A stretch of 48,688 bases of DNA from Gammaproteobacteria bacterium (GCA_041589615.1 JBFHVK010000001.1:1-48688), one strand, 5' to 3'; counted from the stretch's first letter, positions 1-7,366 are shown. Notes: a model not told the origin generated them from the letters alone. A program made the numbers and translations.

Positions 1-141
1 AAACAAGGAGGTGACATTGAGGGCAGCATAACGCAAATCATCGGTGCGTAATGCTTGCATGTCGGCGCTGCTAATAGCATTACTAATAGCAGCCACAATA
101 GCCTTGGCATCCCCAGCCCGCAGGCAGAACAAGTTGCCCTC
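1..141. repeat. Terminal overlap, copy 1: nt 1-141 are identical to nt 48548-48688 (circular-assembly closure)
   Basis: Compared base by base: both copies read aaacaaggaggtgacattgag...caggcagaacaagttgccctc. The overlap lies inside one continuous minus-strand reading frame, so it is a linearisation artefact rather than a genetic element. Confidence 0.95.
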
Positions 142-525
142 ACGCCCATCACCACACATCTTAGTGAGCATGTTTTCAAAAGCATAGTAGAGGACAATAA
201 GATTGAACAAGGTCTTATAATCTTCGTTCTGCATGTTCACATGCACATGAATACCAGCCCTCACTGACTCATCAATGACAGCCTCATTCATACGCATTGT
301 TCTGTAGATCGAAGTGATTCGATGCACAGCCTCTTTAAGCTCAACTGGGCCATCGAATACATACTCTGCATTCTCCTCCCCACGTAGGCTCCCATCATGC
401 TCACGGCGGAACCCAATATCTCTTACATCATGGGGGAGATTACGTCCCTCTACTTCCAACTCAAACCCAATATCTTTGTTGGTGTAGTAACGTGGCTGTA
501 CATTGAAAAGGTCTCTAATTAGCAT
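1..525 (-). CDS. Amidoligase_2-type (glutamine-synthetase-fold) carboxylate-amine ligase, 5' part; the gene continues through the junction into 48182..48547 (296 aa in total)
   Basis: ATG at 525-523 is preceded by GGAGGAGAG. Translation is MLIRDLFNVQPRYYTNKDIGFELEVEGRNLPHDVRDIGFRREHDGSLRGEENAEYVF...GIHVHVNM. The 525 nt are exactly 175 codons and the frame is continuous with ORF 48182..48679 through the overlap. The start overlaps the stop of 515..1069. Confidence 0.85.
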   Translation of the reverse strand, partial: MLIRDLFNVQPRYYTNKDIGFELEVEGRNLPHDVRDIGFRREHDGSLRGEENAEYVFDGPVELKEAVHRITSIYRTMRMNEAVIDESVRAGIHVHVNMQNEDYKTLFNLIVLYYAFENMLTKMCGDGREGNLFCLRAGDAKAIVAAISNAISSADMQALRTDDLRYAALNVTSLF

Positions 526-1069
526 AACTCTCCTCCAAATCTTCTTTCAAGTACTGTTTGTTTGGTAACAACTTAACAGCACCGTCAACAATCTCGCCAA
601 CAATACCTGACAGGAAGTTATGCACTTTCCCATCACCAGTAAGTGCCCATTCCTTCCCCCAAGCCACAGACCTTTTCTTGCCTAGGCACTCTAGGGCTTC
701 TTTGAATGTTGGGTAGTCTGACAACAGAGACTTGGCAACAATCCTGCTATTGAAAGGGACAACACGGCCAACTTCAATACTGGTGATTAGGGTATTGTCC
801 CCACGTAGTCCTTGCTTCCAACGGCGAACAGGTTTACGCATAACACTGTACACACGACCATTGTTATTACAGAAGCCAGTGCATAGGTTATCAAACTCAA
901 GTAAGTTTGCTGGGATAATTGCCTCTTCACCTTTTTCCAGATCAAGTATAGTGGCAGTGCCGTCCATACGTACCTGTAGCACAAAGACTGGGGAGTTGTT
1001 AGCAATGACAATACTGTCAGACAGTCTGTAGTTGGCGTACTCCCAATCTTCACCATAAGACCAACCCAT
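515..1069 (-). CDS. Hypothetical protein (184 aa), member of the amidoligase operon
   Basis: Long ORF whose start shares nt 1069 with the upstream stop (TAATG) and whose stop overlaps the downstream ATG. I recognise no motif. Confidence 0.7.
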   Translation of the reverse strand: MGWSYGEDWEYANYRLSDSIVIANNSPVFVLQVRMDGTATILDLEKGEEAIIPANLLEFDNLCTGFCNNNGRVYSVMRKPVRRWKQGLRGDNTLITSIEVGRVVPFNSRIVAKSLLSDYPTFKEALECLGKKRSVAWGKEWALTGDGKVHNFLSGIVGEIVDGAVKLLPNKQYLKEDLEESYAN

Positions 1070-1890
1070 TACACATACTCCTCTATTAAGCCAAAGTCAT
1101 CTAACCGACGATGTACCCTGGCCTCAAATGGCAACCCCTTAGAGGCATTGTCCAACACCCTTTTAACATCTTGAGGGTTAAGAAAACCATAAGAGTTAAG
1201 TGTCAACCCATCTTTAGCCCTGTTAAGCACACGCATTACTTGGCGGTACACCCAGCCCATGATTTTCTCATCCTTGAGCCAAGCATTGCTTAATACCCGG
1301 TACTCAAGTCCATAAGGCTTATAACGGAAGCTACCAAACGAACCATACAAAGCACGACGACGTTGGTCATTGTCATAATGGTTGAATCGAGCACCTAAAC
1401 AAATGTCCAAAGTTTTTACAAGTTCAATGCAGGTTTCACGGTGCCTGATATCATCAGCACTTGCGCCATTAGTCCAGCCAATGTGGATGTGACCAGCACC
1501 AGTACGGAATGGGGCTTGTGCATTGGGTCGAGGGTTCTCCTTGCCTTTATCCCAAGCATTAAAGTCAGGCTCACAGCCCAGCTCCAAAGCTTCTGGTGGC
1601 ATAGCAGCCATAATCTCTGCCGAGAAATCAGCAGATGGGGAGGCATCAAGCTCATACCCCGGCACCATGTCCTTAAGAATGGACATAACAGTTTTGATAT
1701 TGCCAATGAATTCTTCTTCATTCTTGGCAGGGTCGATGTTAAATTCAAGGGCCATGCCATCCACTTGGACAGCACCCTTATCAACCTTGAATGGATTCTT
1801 CTTATCCCCTTGGATTGCACCATGTGCTGATACAAAACCATTGGGGCCACGCATAAATACTTCTGGGTCACAACCGATAAGGAAGGTCAT
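1069..1890 (-). CDS. phiEco32-like COOH-NH2 ligase type 2 (GCS/glutamine-synthetase-like amidoligase)
   Basis: 273 aa beginning MTFLIGCDPEVF, with GMALEFNI and TGAGHIHIGW segments, recognised from memory as the phage COOH-NH2_lig family. SD AGGTGA lies 5 nt upstream. Confidence 0.8.
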   Translation of the reverse strand: MTFLIGCDPEVFMRGPNGFVSAHGAIQGDKKNPFKVDKGAVQVDGMALEFNIDPAKNEEEFIGNIKTVMSILKDMVPGYELDASPSADFSAEIMAAMPPEALELGCEPDFNAWDKGKENPRPNAQAPFRTGAGHIHIGWTNGASADDIRHRETCIELVKTLDICLGARFNHYDNDQRRRALYGSFGSFRYKPYGLEYRVLSNAWLKDEKIMGWVYRQVMRVLNRAKDGLTLNSYGFLNPQDVKRVLDNASKGLPFEARVHRRLDDFGLIEEYV

Positions 1891-1900
1891 TTATATTCAC

Positions 1901-3163
1901 CTAGTTCAAAACAAGTTGTTGGATGTAGGGTTTAACATTGTCTTCTTCTGCACATGACTTACAGAGGAAGTTCTCTTTATCAAACCAGATAATGTCATCA
2001 GCGTCTGCTGCATCTGGTGCTTGTGTGCACCAACAGCAACCACAAGAGGTAGCAAGATTGAATTGCTCCTCTGTCACCATCTCCCCGTCATAAATCTTGA
2101 AAAGCTCTGGCCCTTCTTCTTCAATCACTTCGATGATTGACCTCAAATCTACAGTCAGATACCCACCGCCAACATAATTGCAAGACTTAGCAGTTACTTT
2201 GAACAGGTTAGGGGAGGTAAGAAGATTTTCCCATTGCTCGCTGTTTTCTTGGGCAAAGATACGGAACATAATGTCCCGATCATTTTCCAAAGTAGCTTCA
2301 ACATAAGCTTGAGAATATTGACCAGTAGGCTTAACCTCTCGAACTACCTCTACCAAAGAAGGTACGCCCACATACTGCGATAGCTCTTTTGAGGACTTTT
2401 TTGGGAAGTTACTCACGTTACTGGTATTGGTATTGGCGGAGTAGGTCACGTATTTATAACCTTCCAACACCTGCTTATCAAACTCAATCATAGGACAGTT
2501 AGCGGCCAGTGCTTGAGGAACATTAAACTTGTAATACTCCATAGGAGCCACTTGCTTAATGTCACCATGCTTCAAGCCAACATTGGCTAAAGCTACGATA
2601 AGCATCCAATCCTCAGAGGCCCAGAACAATGTCTTACCGTCATTACTGCGCGTCATGTACATGGGTCGCTCAGCATTACGGGTGATGTTGAGGGTAGCAT
2701 CACGCTTGTCATACCAAGTGAGAGCAAAAGCACCATTAACCTTTTTGATGGTATCTTCAACGGTGTTCTTGTTCATGTGGTGATACAAGGCTTCACTGTC
2801 CACATCGAATTGGAGGTAATCATCCAATTGGTACATAGAGCGGAGAGTGCCATTATGGGCACCAATAATATGCTCAAACTCAAACGGGTGGGCATTGATC
2901 TTATTGATAGCACCTTGAGTGGCATAACGGTTATGCCCCAGCAGCAGGTTATGGCTGCCTTGTATGAACTTGTCCCACTTCTTACTGTCGAACAATTCCC
3001 AAGGCGTACCAACCTCCTTAATTACCTTGGCTTCCCCTTTCTGATTGACGCTGAGCACACCTGTGCTGTGCGGGCCACGTACTGTATCCAATTGAAGGAG
3101 GTATTTAAATGCCTTCTCCTCTTGAAAAGTAATACGCCCCATTACCCCTACCAAACCACACAT
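1901..3163 (-). CDS. Class II (Ntn) glutamine amidotransferase with a Cys-rich C-terminal domain
   Basis: N-terminus MCGLVG (Cys2 nucleophile), GHNRYATQG and AHNGTL motifs typical of PurF/AsnB/GlmS-type GATase domains. C-terminus carries SCGCCWC...CKSC, a possible zinc ribbon. Confidence 0.85.
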   Translation of the reverse strand: MCGLVGVMGRITFQEEKAFKYLLQLDTVRGPHSTGVLSVNQKGEAKVIKEVGTPWELFDSKKWDKFIQGSHNLLLGHNRYATQGAINKINAHPFEFEHIIGAHNGTLRSMYQLDDYLQFDVDSEALYHHMNKNTVEDTIKKVNGAFALTWYDKRDATLNITRNAERPMYMTRSNDGKTLFWASEDWMLIVALANVGLKHGDIKQVAPMEYYKFNVPQALAANCPMIEFDKQVLEGYKYVTYSANTNTSNVSNFPKKSSKELSQYVGVPSLVEVVREVKPTGQYSQAYVEATLENDRDIMFRIFAQENSEQWENLLTSPNLFKVTAKSCNYVGGGYLTVDLRSIIEVIEEEGPELFKIYDGEMVTEEQFNLATSCGCCWCTQAPDAADADDIIWFDKENFLCKSCAEEDNVKPYIQQLVLN

Positions 3164-3558
3164 TATTTAACCTCCTTCTTTACAAAACGACCTTTTGCAT
3201 CACGCGCAGGAGGGTCAAGGTTGATTGTTGACAGCTTGCCTACCTTACCAAGTGGACAGTAAGCCAGAATAAGTTGTGTTTCTGGGTGCTTGCCCTTGTA
3301 CATAGGTGGGGATAAGGTAAATCCACACTCAAGCAGCGCTTTGATGCCCACTTTTTGTTGGTTATTTACAGTGGCGACAAGAACTGCCAGTCCATCATCA
3401 ATTGCTTCTTGCTTTCTCATCTCAATAGCATTCTTGAGCTGTTGCAAATCAACTGTATTATTGTTGAGAGGACGTATGCCGTACTCCGCAGTTTTTGTTT
3501 GACCAAACCCCGCAATAATGTTAGCAGAGCAGCAACCCGGAAAATCAAAAACCTTCAT
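3163..3558 (-). CDS. Hypothetical protein (131 aa), possibly a small GNAT-like fold
   Basis: ORF with SD GGAGG upstream of the ATG at 3558. The stop shares nt 3163 with the next start (TAATG). The segment NNQQKVGIKALLECGF weakly resembles GNAT motif A. Confidence 0.65.
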   Translation of the reverse strand: MKVFDFPGCCSANIIAGFGQTKTAEYGIRPLNNNTVDLQQLKNAIEMRKQEAIDDGLAVLVATVNNQQKVGIKALLECGFTLSPPMYKGKHPETQLILAYCPLGKVGKLSTINLDPPARDAKGRFVKKEVK

Positions 3559-3576
3559 TTGAAACCTCCAAAAAAT

Positions 3577-3605
3577 TTTCTAACCTAAATTAAGACCTTT
3601 AGCAC
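3577..3605 (-). promoter_or_regulatory. Conserved promoter-like motif, copy A (minus strand GTGCTA-N17-TAGAAA)
   Basis: Minus strand reads GGGGTGCTAAAGGTCTTAATTTAGGTTAGAAAATTTTTT. It sits in the only sizeable gap (3559..3636) of the amidoligase operon. Copies at 6888..6916 and 31757..31785 have the same hexamers and the same 17-nt spacer. Confidence 0.55.
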
Positions 3606-3636
3606 CCCATAACGGGGACTGCCCAATAATGGTCTA

Positions 3637-4260
3637 TTACAATGAAATCAGCTTATCAACACACTCAAAGAAATACTTACGGCAATCATCCAAGTGTGCG
3701 CCATTAAACTCTGGGTGTGGTTGGAAACAAAGGGACTTGCTGAATGGGTACAGTACTACCTCAACATCGTAGTAACTTTCACACCAATCATCGTCACCTA
3801 AGTGCTCACGATCTTTAGACAGCTCACCACCATGTGCTAAGATAATGGCTTTACCCAAATCAGGACGCATCATCTGGTGGTGTGTGGATGAAACCTCGCC
3901 CAAGTAGGTACTATCACTGTAACTGTACAGTGGGTGAGTGCCACCAATAGCATGTTTATCTACATTCTGCCACATCTTACCGCCAGACATGACATTAAGG
4001 AACTGACCACCACGACAAATGCCTACCATTGGCTTCTTGCTAGCAAGGCATTGTTCAAACACCTCAGCTTCTGCTAAGTCACGGCGCAGGTTGCACATAG
4101 TTGTGCGGTGCTTTTCTTCCCCATACATCACAGGGTCAACATCTTCCCCACCAGTGAACTGTACAATGTCGGCCTCTTCAACACTGCTCACAATTTCATG
4201 GCCAGCATTTGTCCATAATTTTGAATAGGCATAAGAGCCATCAACAATATAAACTTTCAT
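3637..4260 (-). CDS. Class I glutamine amidotransferase-like / peptidase C26 gamma-glutamyl hydrolase
   Basis: 207 aa with MVGICRGGQFLNV (nucleophile elbow) and STHHQM, as in PuuD/C26-type enzymes. Confidence 0.8.
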   Translation of the reverse strand: MKVYIVDGSYAYSKLWTNAGHEIVSSVEEADIVQFTGGEDVDPVMYGEEKHRTTMCNLRRDLAEAEVFEQCLASKKPMVGICRGGQFLNVMSGGKMWQNVDKHAIGGTHPLYSYSDSTYLGEVSSTHHQMMRPDLGKAIILAHGGELSKDREHLGDDDWCESYYDVEVVLYPFSKSLCFQPHPEFNGAHLDDCRKYFFECVDKLISL

Positions 4261-5111
4261 AGTACACCCATCTCCTTAAGTTTTTCTTTAACACCCAAGA
4301 TGCCCTTGGGGTTTGGGTTAAAGATTCCAATACGGCGTGCAACATCTTGCATGGCATATTTAAATACACCATCAAACTTCAATGGCTGGTTTCCTGCTAG
4401 GTCATCTAAGAGACTACCATCAGCGTCACCCTCGATAAACATTTTTGAGTAGCCTTGGTAGACACGAAACTCATTGTAAGGTTTGTCAAAACGAACTTTA
4501 ACCGGAGTATTGTTTATAAAGTTATCAAACACCTTTCCGGTTAGGAAGCCCCCATCAAATGCCATGTGCCCACCGCCGTAATAAATGTGGAACGTCCCAT
4601 CTACAAGCTTGACATTATGCGCCAATACAAAAGCAACATGCTTATTGATACGATACTTACGGACAAGTTCATACCAACAATCAAGTTGATAAGGGAACTC
4701 CCATAACAAGCGAGTGGCAACACATGCTCCACCTAGATAAGTACCTGCCACGTTGGGATTCATAATGGCATAGCCATGCTTGAGCATGGTCTTACCTACC
4801 TTACTAATGAAGGCATCTTTGTAAGGGCTTTCTTTAGCCAGCCAGCTGAGATAAAGGGCACATTTATCAGGCCAGTCTTCTTTGCCCCTTAATTCCTCTC
4901 CGTTATAATCTTCTTCATAGCGAACCTGAAAGAAGTTGACTATTAACTTGAGTGGTGTGCCACCACGATGACCATTTAACCCAGCATGACATGCTGTATT
5001 AGGTGAGGCTTTGAACTTATCGTCCTCACTGATAGAGCCCCAGTAGGCACATTGATCAGTAGCAACTTTAACATCCTGATTTTTCAGCACTTTGTTCACA
5101 TAGCTAAACAT
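4257..5111 (-). CDS. Hypothetical protein (284 aa), distal member of the amidoligase operon
   Basis: Long ORF with a 4-nt ATGA overlap to 3637..4260. No motif recognised. Confidence 0.7.
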   Translation of the reverse strand: MFSYVNKVLKNQDVKVATDQCAYWGSISEDDKFKASPNTACHAGLNGHRGGTPLKLIVNFFQVRYEEDYNGEELRGKEDWPDKCALYLSWLAKESPYKDAFISKVGKTMLKHGYAIMNPNVAGTYLGGACVATRLLWEFPYQLDCWYELVRKYRINKHVAFVLAHNVKLVDGTFHIYYGGGHMAFDGGFLTGKVFDNFINNTPVKVRFDKPYNEFRVYQGYSKMFIEGDADGSLLDDLAGNQPLKFDGVFKYAMQDVARRIGIFNPNPKGILGVKEKLKEMGVL

Positions 5112-5289
5112 TACCTACCTCCATTTTCATTTCGACGTAGTGGATACATGACTCTTGGTAGAGCCGCTTGCATTTACGATAGTGGTCTAATGCAGCGTCG
5201 GCTTGTACACCGGGTTTAGCATTAAGCCATTGCTTGTAGCGCTTGTTCTTCACGTTGAACAGGCGCTTAAGTTGAGTTAACTCATCCAT
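5104..5289 (-). CDS. Hypothetical protein (61 aa)
   Basis: ORF with an 8-nt overlap to the downstream gene; basic and helical-looking. Confidence 0.55.
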   Translation of the reverse strand: MDELTQLKRLFNVKNKRYKQWLNAKPGVQADAALDHYRKCKRLYQESCIHYVEMKMEVGNV

Positions 5290-5311
5290 GCCTACCTCAC
5301 AATAAAAATAC

Positions 5312-5614
5312 TTAAACTAACACACGCCACAAACTTTTATCTAATTCAGCAGGGTGAAAACTACGACCATCCCCACGGACAGGTTCCTCACGTGAGCACC
5401 CACAATAACCACAGGTTTTGGTCACTGTCTTAGTGGCTTTTTCTAGCTCGGCGTAATGCAGCACAACCATGCCAGACCCGTACTCCCGTACAAGGTAATC
5501 CTCAACAGACTTAGGGTCTTCACTTGTCAATAGCCTGATGACCTTAGTTCTACTTGGGGTGTCTACAAGGTGAAACTTTACTTCATAATGTACTAAAGGC
5601 ATGGTTAACCCCAT
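5312..5614 (-). CDS. Hypothetical protein (100 aa)
   Basis: ORF immediately downstream of the tRNA pair; contains CGYCGC. Confidence 0.6.
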   Translation of the reverse strand: MGLTMPLVHYEVKFHLVDTPSRTKVIRLLTSEDPKSVEDYLVREYGSGMVVLHYAELEKATKTVTKTCGYCGCSREEPVRGDGRSFHPAELDKSLWRVLV

Positions 5615-5629
5615 TTTAATGTGTGAAAT

Positions 5630-5705
5630 TGGTACGGCCAGTAGGATTTGAACCTACGACCTGCCCCTTAGGAGGGGGCTGCTCTATCCGCTGAGCTATG
5701 ACCGT
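5630..5705 (-). tRNA. tRNA-Arg (anticodon CCU, reads AGG), CCA encoded
   Basis: Folded by hand as ACGGTCA-TA-GCTC-AGCGGATA-GAGC-A-GCCCC-CTCCTAA-GGGGC-AGGTC-GTAGG-TTCAAAT-CCTAC-TGGCCGT-A-CCA. This gives 76 nt, a 7-bp acceptor stem with one G.U pair, and U8 present. Confidence 0.9.
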
Positions 5706-5719
5706 ATGTTTGAATGGCT

Positions 5720-5815
5720 CTGTAAGCCCCTGTAAGGGGCATAGGAGAAGAGATAGGCATATAACCTGCCCTACCCTACACACTCACCCTTACAAGAGCT
5801 TACAGAGGCTTACAG
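5720..5815. repeat. Inter-tRNA spacer with 17-nt inverted arms (CTGTAAGCCCCTGTAAG / CTTACAGAGGCTTACAG) and 10-bp-phased CTTACAG units
   Basis: Arms at 5720..5736 and 5799..5815 are complementary at 16 of 17 positions. An inner hairpin CCCC-TGTAA-GGGG lies at 5727..5739. A paralogous degenerate copy lies at 6790..6886. Confidence 0.75.
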
Positions 5816-5816
5816 T

Positions 5817-5893
5817 TGGTTCCCGGCACAGGACTTGAACCTGTAACCTATAGCTTAGAAGGCTATTGCTCTATCCAATTGAGCTAGTCGGGA
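5817..5893 (-). tRNA. tRNA-Arg (anticodon UCU, reads AGA), CCA encoded
   Basis: Folded by hand as TCCCGAC-TA-GCTC-AATTGGATA-GAGC-A-ATAGC-CTTCTAA-GCTAT-AGGTT-ACAGG-TTCAAGT-CCTGT-GCCGGGA-A-CCA. This gives 77 nt with one A.C mismatch at acceptor pair 6:67. Confidence 0.85.
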
Positions 5894-5899
5894 GTATTA

Positions 5900-6319
5900 T
5901 CACACCCCCTTAGGACGTTCGGTGAGGGTTAGTTTCCAGTCGGTGACTTGATCTTTCTTAATCACCATAAGCAAGGGTAAAGGGTAGCAACTACAATCTT
6001 TGTAAGACCACCTACTAACTCCGATGGAAGGTTTACCCGAGTAAAAGAATATTCGACCGTCCTCATCCATTGCGGCATAGTTAATGGCAGTATGAACATA
6101 GCCCCAAGGAATATCTAACGGCTGTGGTTCAGGTTGTTTCACACGATACTGGAAATCACCACTAAAACGGGGGTTGGTGGAGTTAGTCCAACCTGCCCCG
6201 TGGTTAAATTCTAATTTTCCCCCGTCAACAAACGCCTTAAAAACGTCAAGGTGTTTTCCAAGAGCGTGTTTAGTGAAGGAGCCTTTCAGAAAAGCATCAA
6301 TATATTTTTGTTCAATCAT
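5900..6319 (-). CDS. Hypothetical protein (139 aa)
   Basis: I prefer the ATG at 6319 (MIEQKYIDAF), preceded by GGGAGAG and overlapping the upstream stop (ATGATTGA), over the track start at 6352. Confidence 0.65.
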   Translation of the reverse strand: MIEQKYIDAFLKGSFTKHALGKHLDVFKAFVDGGKLEFNHGAGWTNSTNPRFSGDFQYRVKQPEPQPLDIPWGYVHTAINYAAMDEDGRIFFYSGKPSIGVSRWSYKDCSCYPLPLLMVIKKDQVTDWKLTLTERPKGV

Positions 6320-6542
6320 TACCACTCTCCCGCTCAAAGATTGCCCCATCATTACAACGGACAGTGATTGTGCCGTTGTTGTCCTTATTGTAGGTTTTCA
6401 CTTCGTGGTTGTTCTTGCAAACAAGCAAGAATTCATCAACGTCATCCACGGTAAAGCCCACATCTGAATAGAGGCCAGTTAGTACAGCACCACAGGCTGC
6501 AATAACCAGCCCAACAAACAGGCCAAAAACTAAATCACTCAT
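6312..6542 (-). CDS. Small membrane protein (76 aa)
   Basis: N-terminal hydrophobic helix LVFGLFVGLVIAACGAVLTGL; ATGA overlap with the upstream gene. Confidence 0.6.
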   Translation of the reverse strand: MSDLVFGLFVGLVIAACGAVLTGLYSDVGFTVDDVDEFLLVCKNNHEVKTYNKDNNGTITVRCNDGAIFERESGND

Positions 6543-6787
6543 ATCGAATACCCCTTAGCAAACATGCACAAATGGAAAGACTCACCGTTCAGTGAGTTAT
6601 GCTTATGGAGAAATAAAATACAGCGTAGGCCAGCCCTGTCAGAACTTTCCTGCCAATAGTCATTGGTGATGTGCTGTTCCTTTGGCTCTGGCACATGCTT
6701 GTACATGTCAAACAGGCCACTTAAAGCCCATATAGCCATACCAGTGCCAACAAACACCAACACTTCTCCCATCCCTACTTTGTTCAT
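6539..6787 (-). CDS. Small membrane protein (82 aa)
   Basis: Hydrophobic N-terminus GEVLVFVGTGMAIWALSGLF; SD AGGAG lies inside the repeat just upstream. Confidence 0.6.
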   Translation of the reverse strand: MNKVGMGEVLVFVGTGMAIWALSGLFDMYKHVPEPKEQHITNDYWQESSDRAGLRCILFLHKHNSLNGESFHLCMFAKGYSI

Positions 6788-6789
6788 AG

Positions 6790-6886
6790 CCCTGTAAGCT
6801 CCTGTAAGGCCGTATAAGGCCGTTAAATAGGCTTACCTATCCTACCCTACAGGCTAGCCTTTCCAAACGCTTAAACAGGCTTAAAT
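6790..6886. repeat. Degenerate paralogue of the 5707..5816 spacer, with 10-bp-phased CTGTAAG-like units and a CCTACCCTACA core
   Basis: Aligned by eye: CTGTAAGCTCCTGTAAGG, ATAGGC, CCTACCCTACA and GCTTAAACAGGCTTAAAT correspond to the elements in 5720..5815. Confidence 0.65.
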
Positions 6887-6887
6887 T

Positions 6888-6916
6888 TTTCTAATGTAAA
6901 TTCAGCCCACTAGCAC
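6888..6916 (-). promoter_or_regulatory. Conserved promoter-like motif, copy B (GTGCTA-N17-TAGAAA)
   Basis: Minus strand reads GGGGTGCTAGTGGGCTGAATTTACATTAGAAAAATTT, lying downstream of 6948..7085 and upstream of 6539..6787. Confidence 0.55.
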
Positions 6917-6947
6917 CCCGTAACTGGCCTGCTTCAGAATGGAGCTA

Positions 6948-7085
6948 CTATGCCAGCAGCTTCTTATAGCTGCTCAACTTCTCTTGAGCCAATGCCTTAG
7001 TGTCAGCGGTATCAACACGCACACCATTAACCATCACCCACCAACACACACGGGCAGGACTTCTCACCACTTCAAAGGACACCAT
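6948..7085 (-). CDS. Hypothetical small protein (45 aa)
   Basis: I prefer the ATG at 7085 (MVSFEVVRSPARV), preceded by GGAGG at 6-nt spacing. The longer track ORF would overlap 7072..7311 extensively. Confidence 0.5.
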   Translation of the reverse strand: MVSFEVVRSPARVCWWVMVNGVRVDTADTKALAQEKLSSYKKLLA

Positions 7086-7311
7086 GGTAAACCTCCAAGG
7101 ATGCTTCAATAAGCTGTTTGTTCCACTTGTGCTGGCATGTCTCAGCCATGCTGACAAGACGTTCCTTTGGCATGTCTTTCAACATGTTAGCAACGTCGAT
7201 GAATGCCGCTGTCTTAGTAAACTCCCCTTTAGATTCATGCTCATCATAATCAAAGATGATGGTAAGGATACGGGCAGGGAGTTTATGCTTGTTTGTGATG
7301 AGAGTTTGCAT
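7072..7311 (-). CDS. Hypothetical protein (79 aa), first gene of a transcription unit
   Basis: ORF preceded by AAGAGAAA and by the palindromic motif at 7339..7366. Confidence 0.6.
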   Translation of the reverse strand: MQTLITNKHKLPARILTIIFDYDEHESKGEFTKTAAFIDVANMLKDMPKERLVSMAETCQHKWNKQLIEASLEVYHGVL

Positions 7312-7338
7312 AATATTTCTCTTTTTTCCTGTAAAAAA

Positions 7339-7366
7339 GGGTCATATAAGTATATCTAGTATACTT
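7339..7366. promoter_or_regulatory. GGGTCATATAAGTATATCTAGTATACTT: copy of the GGGKC(T)ATATAAG motif, containing palindrome AAGTATA-TCTAG-TATACTT
   Basis: Perfect 7-bp inverted arms at 7348..7354 and 7360..7366. Related plus-strand strings lie at 9137..9152 and 16868..16890. Confidence 0.5.

Noticed and set aside
1-141. Terminal 141-nt repeat as a biological direct terminal repeat or LTR-like element
   Set aside because: It lies inside a continuous coding frame and is exactly identical at both contig ends, which is the pattern of assembly overlap. True physical ends are more likely in 8373..9627.
55-267. 70-aa plus-strand ORF at the window start
   Set aside because: It is antisense to the Amidoligase_2 gene that wraps the junction.
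1416-1957. Three overlapping ORFs (1416..1871 minus, 1441..1830 plus, 1523..1957 plus)
   Set aside because: All are nested in or antisense to the well-supported COOH-NH2 ligase gene 1069..1890.
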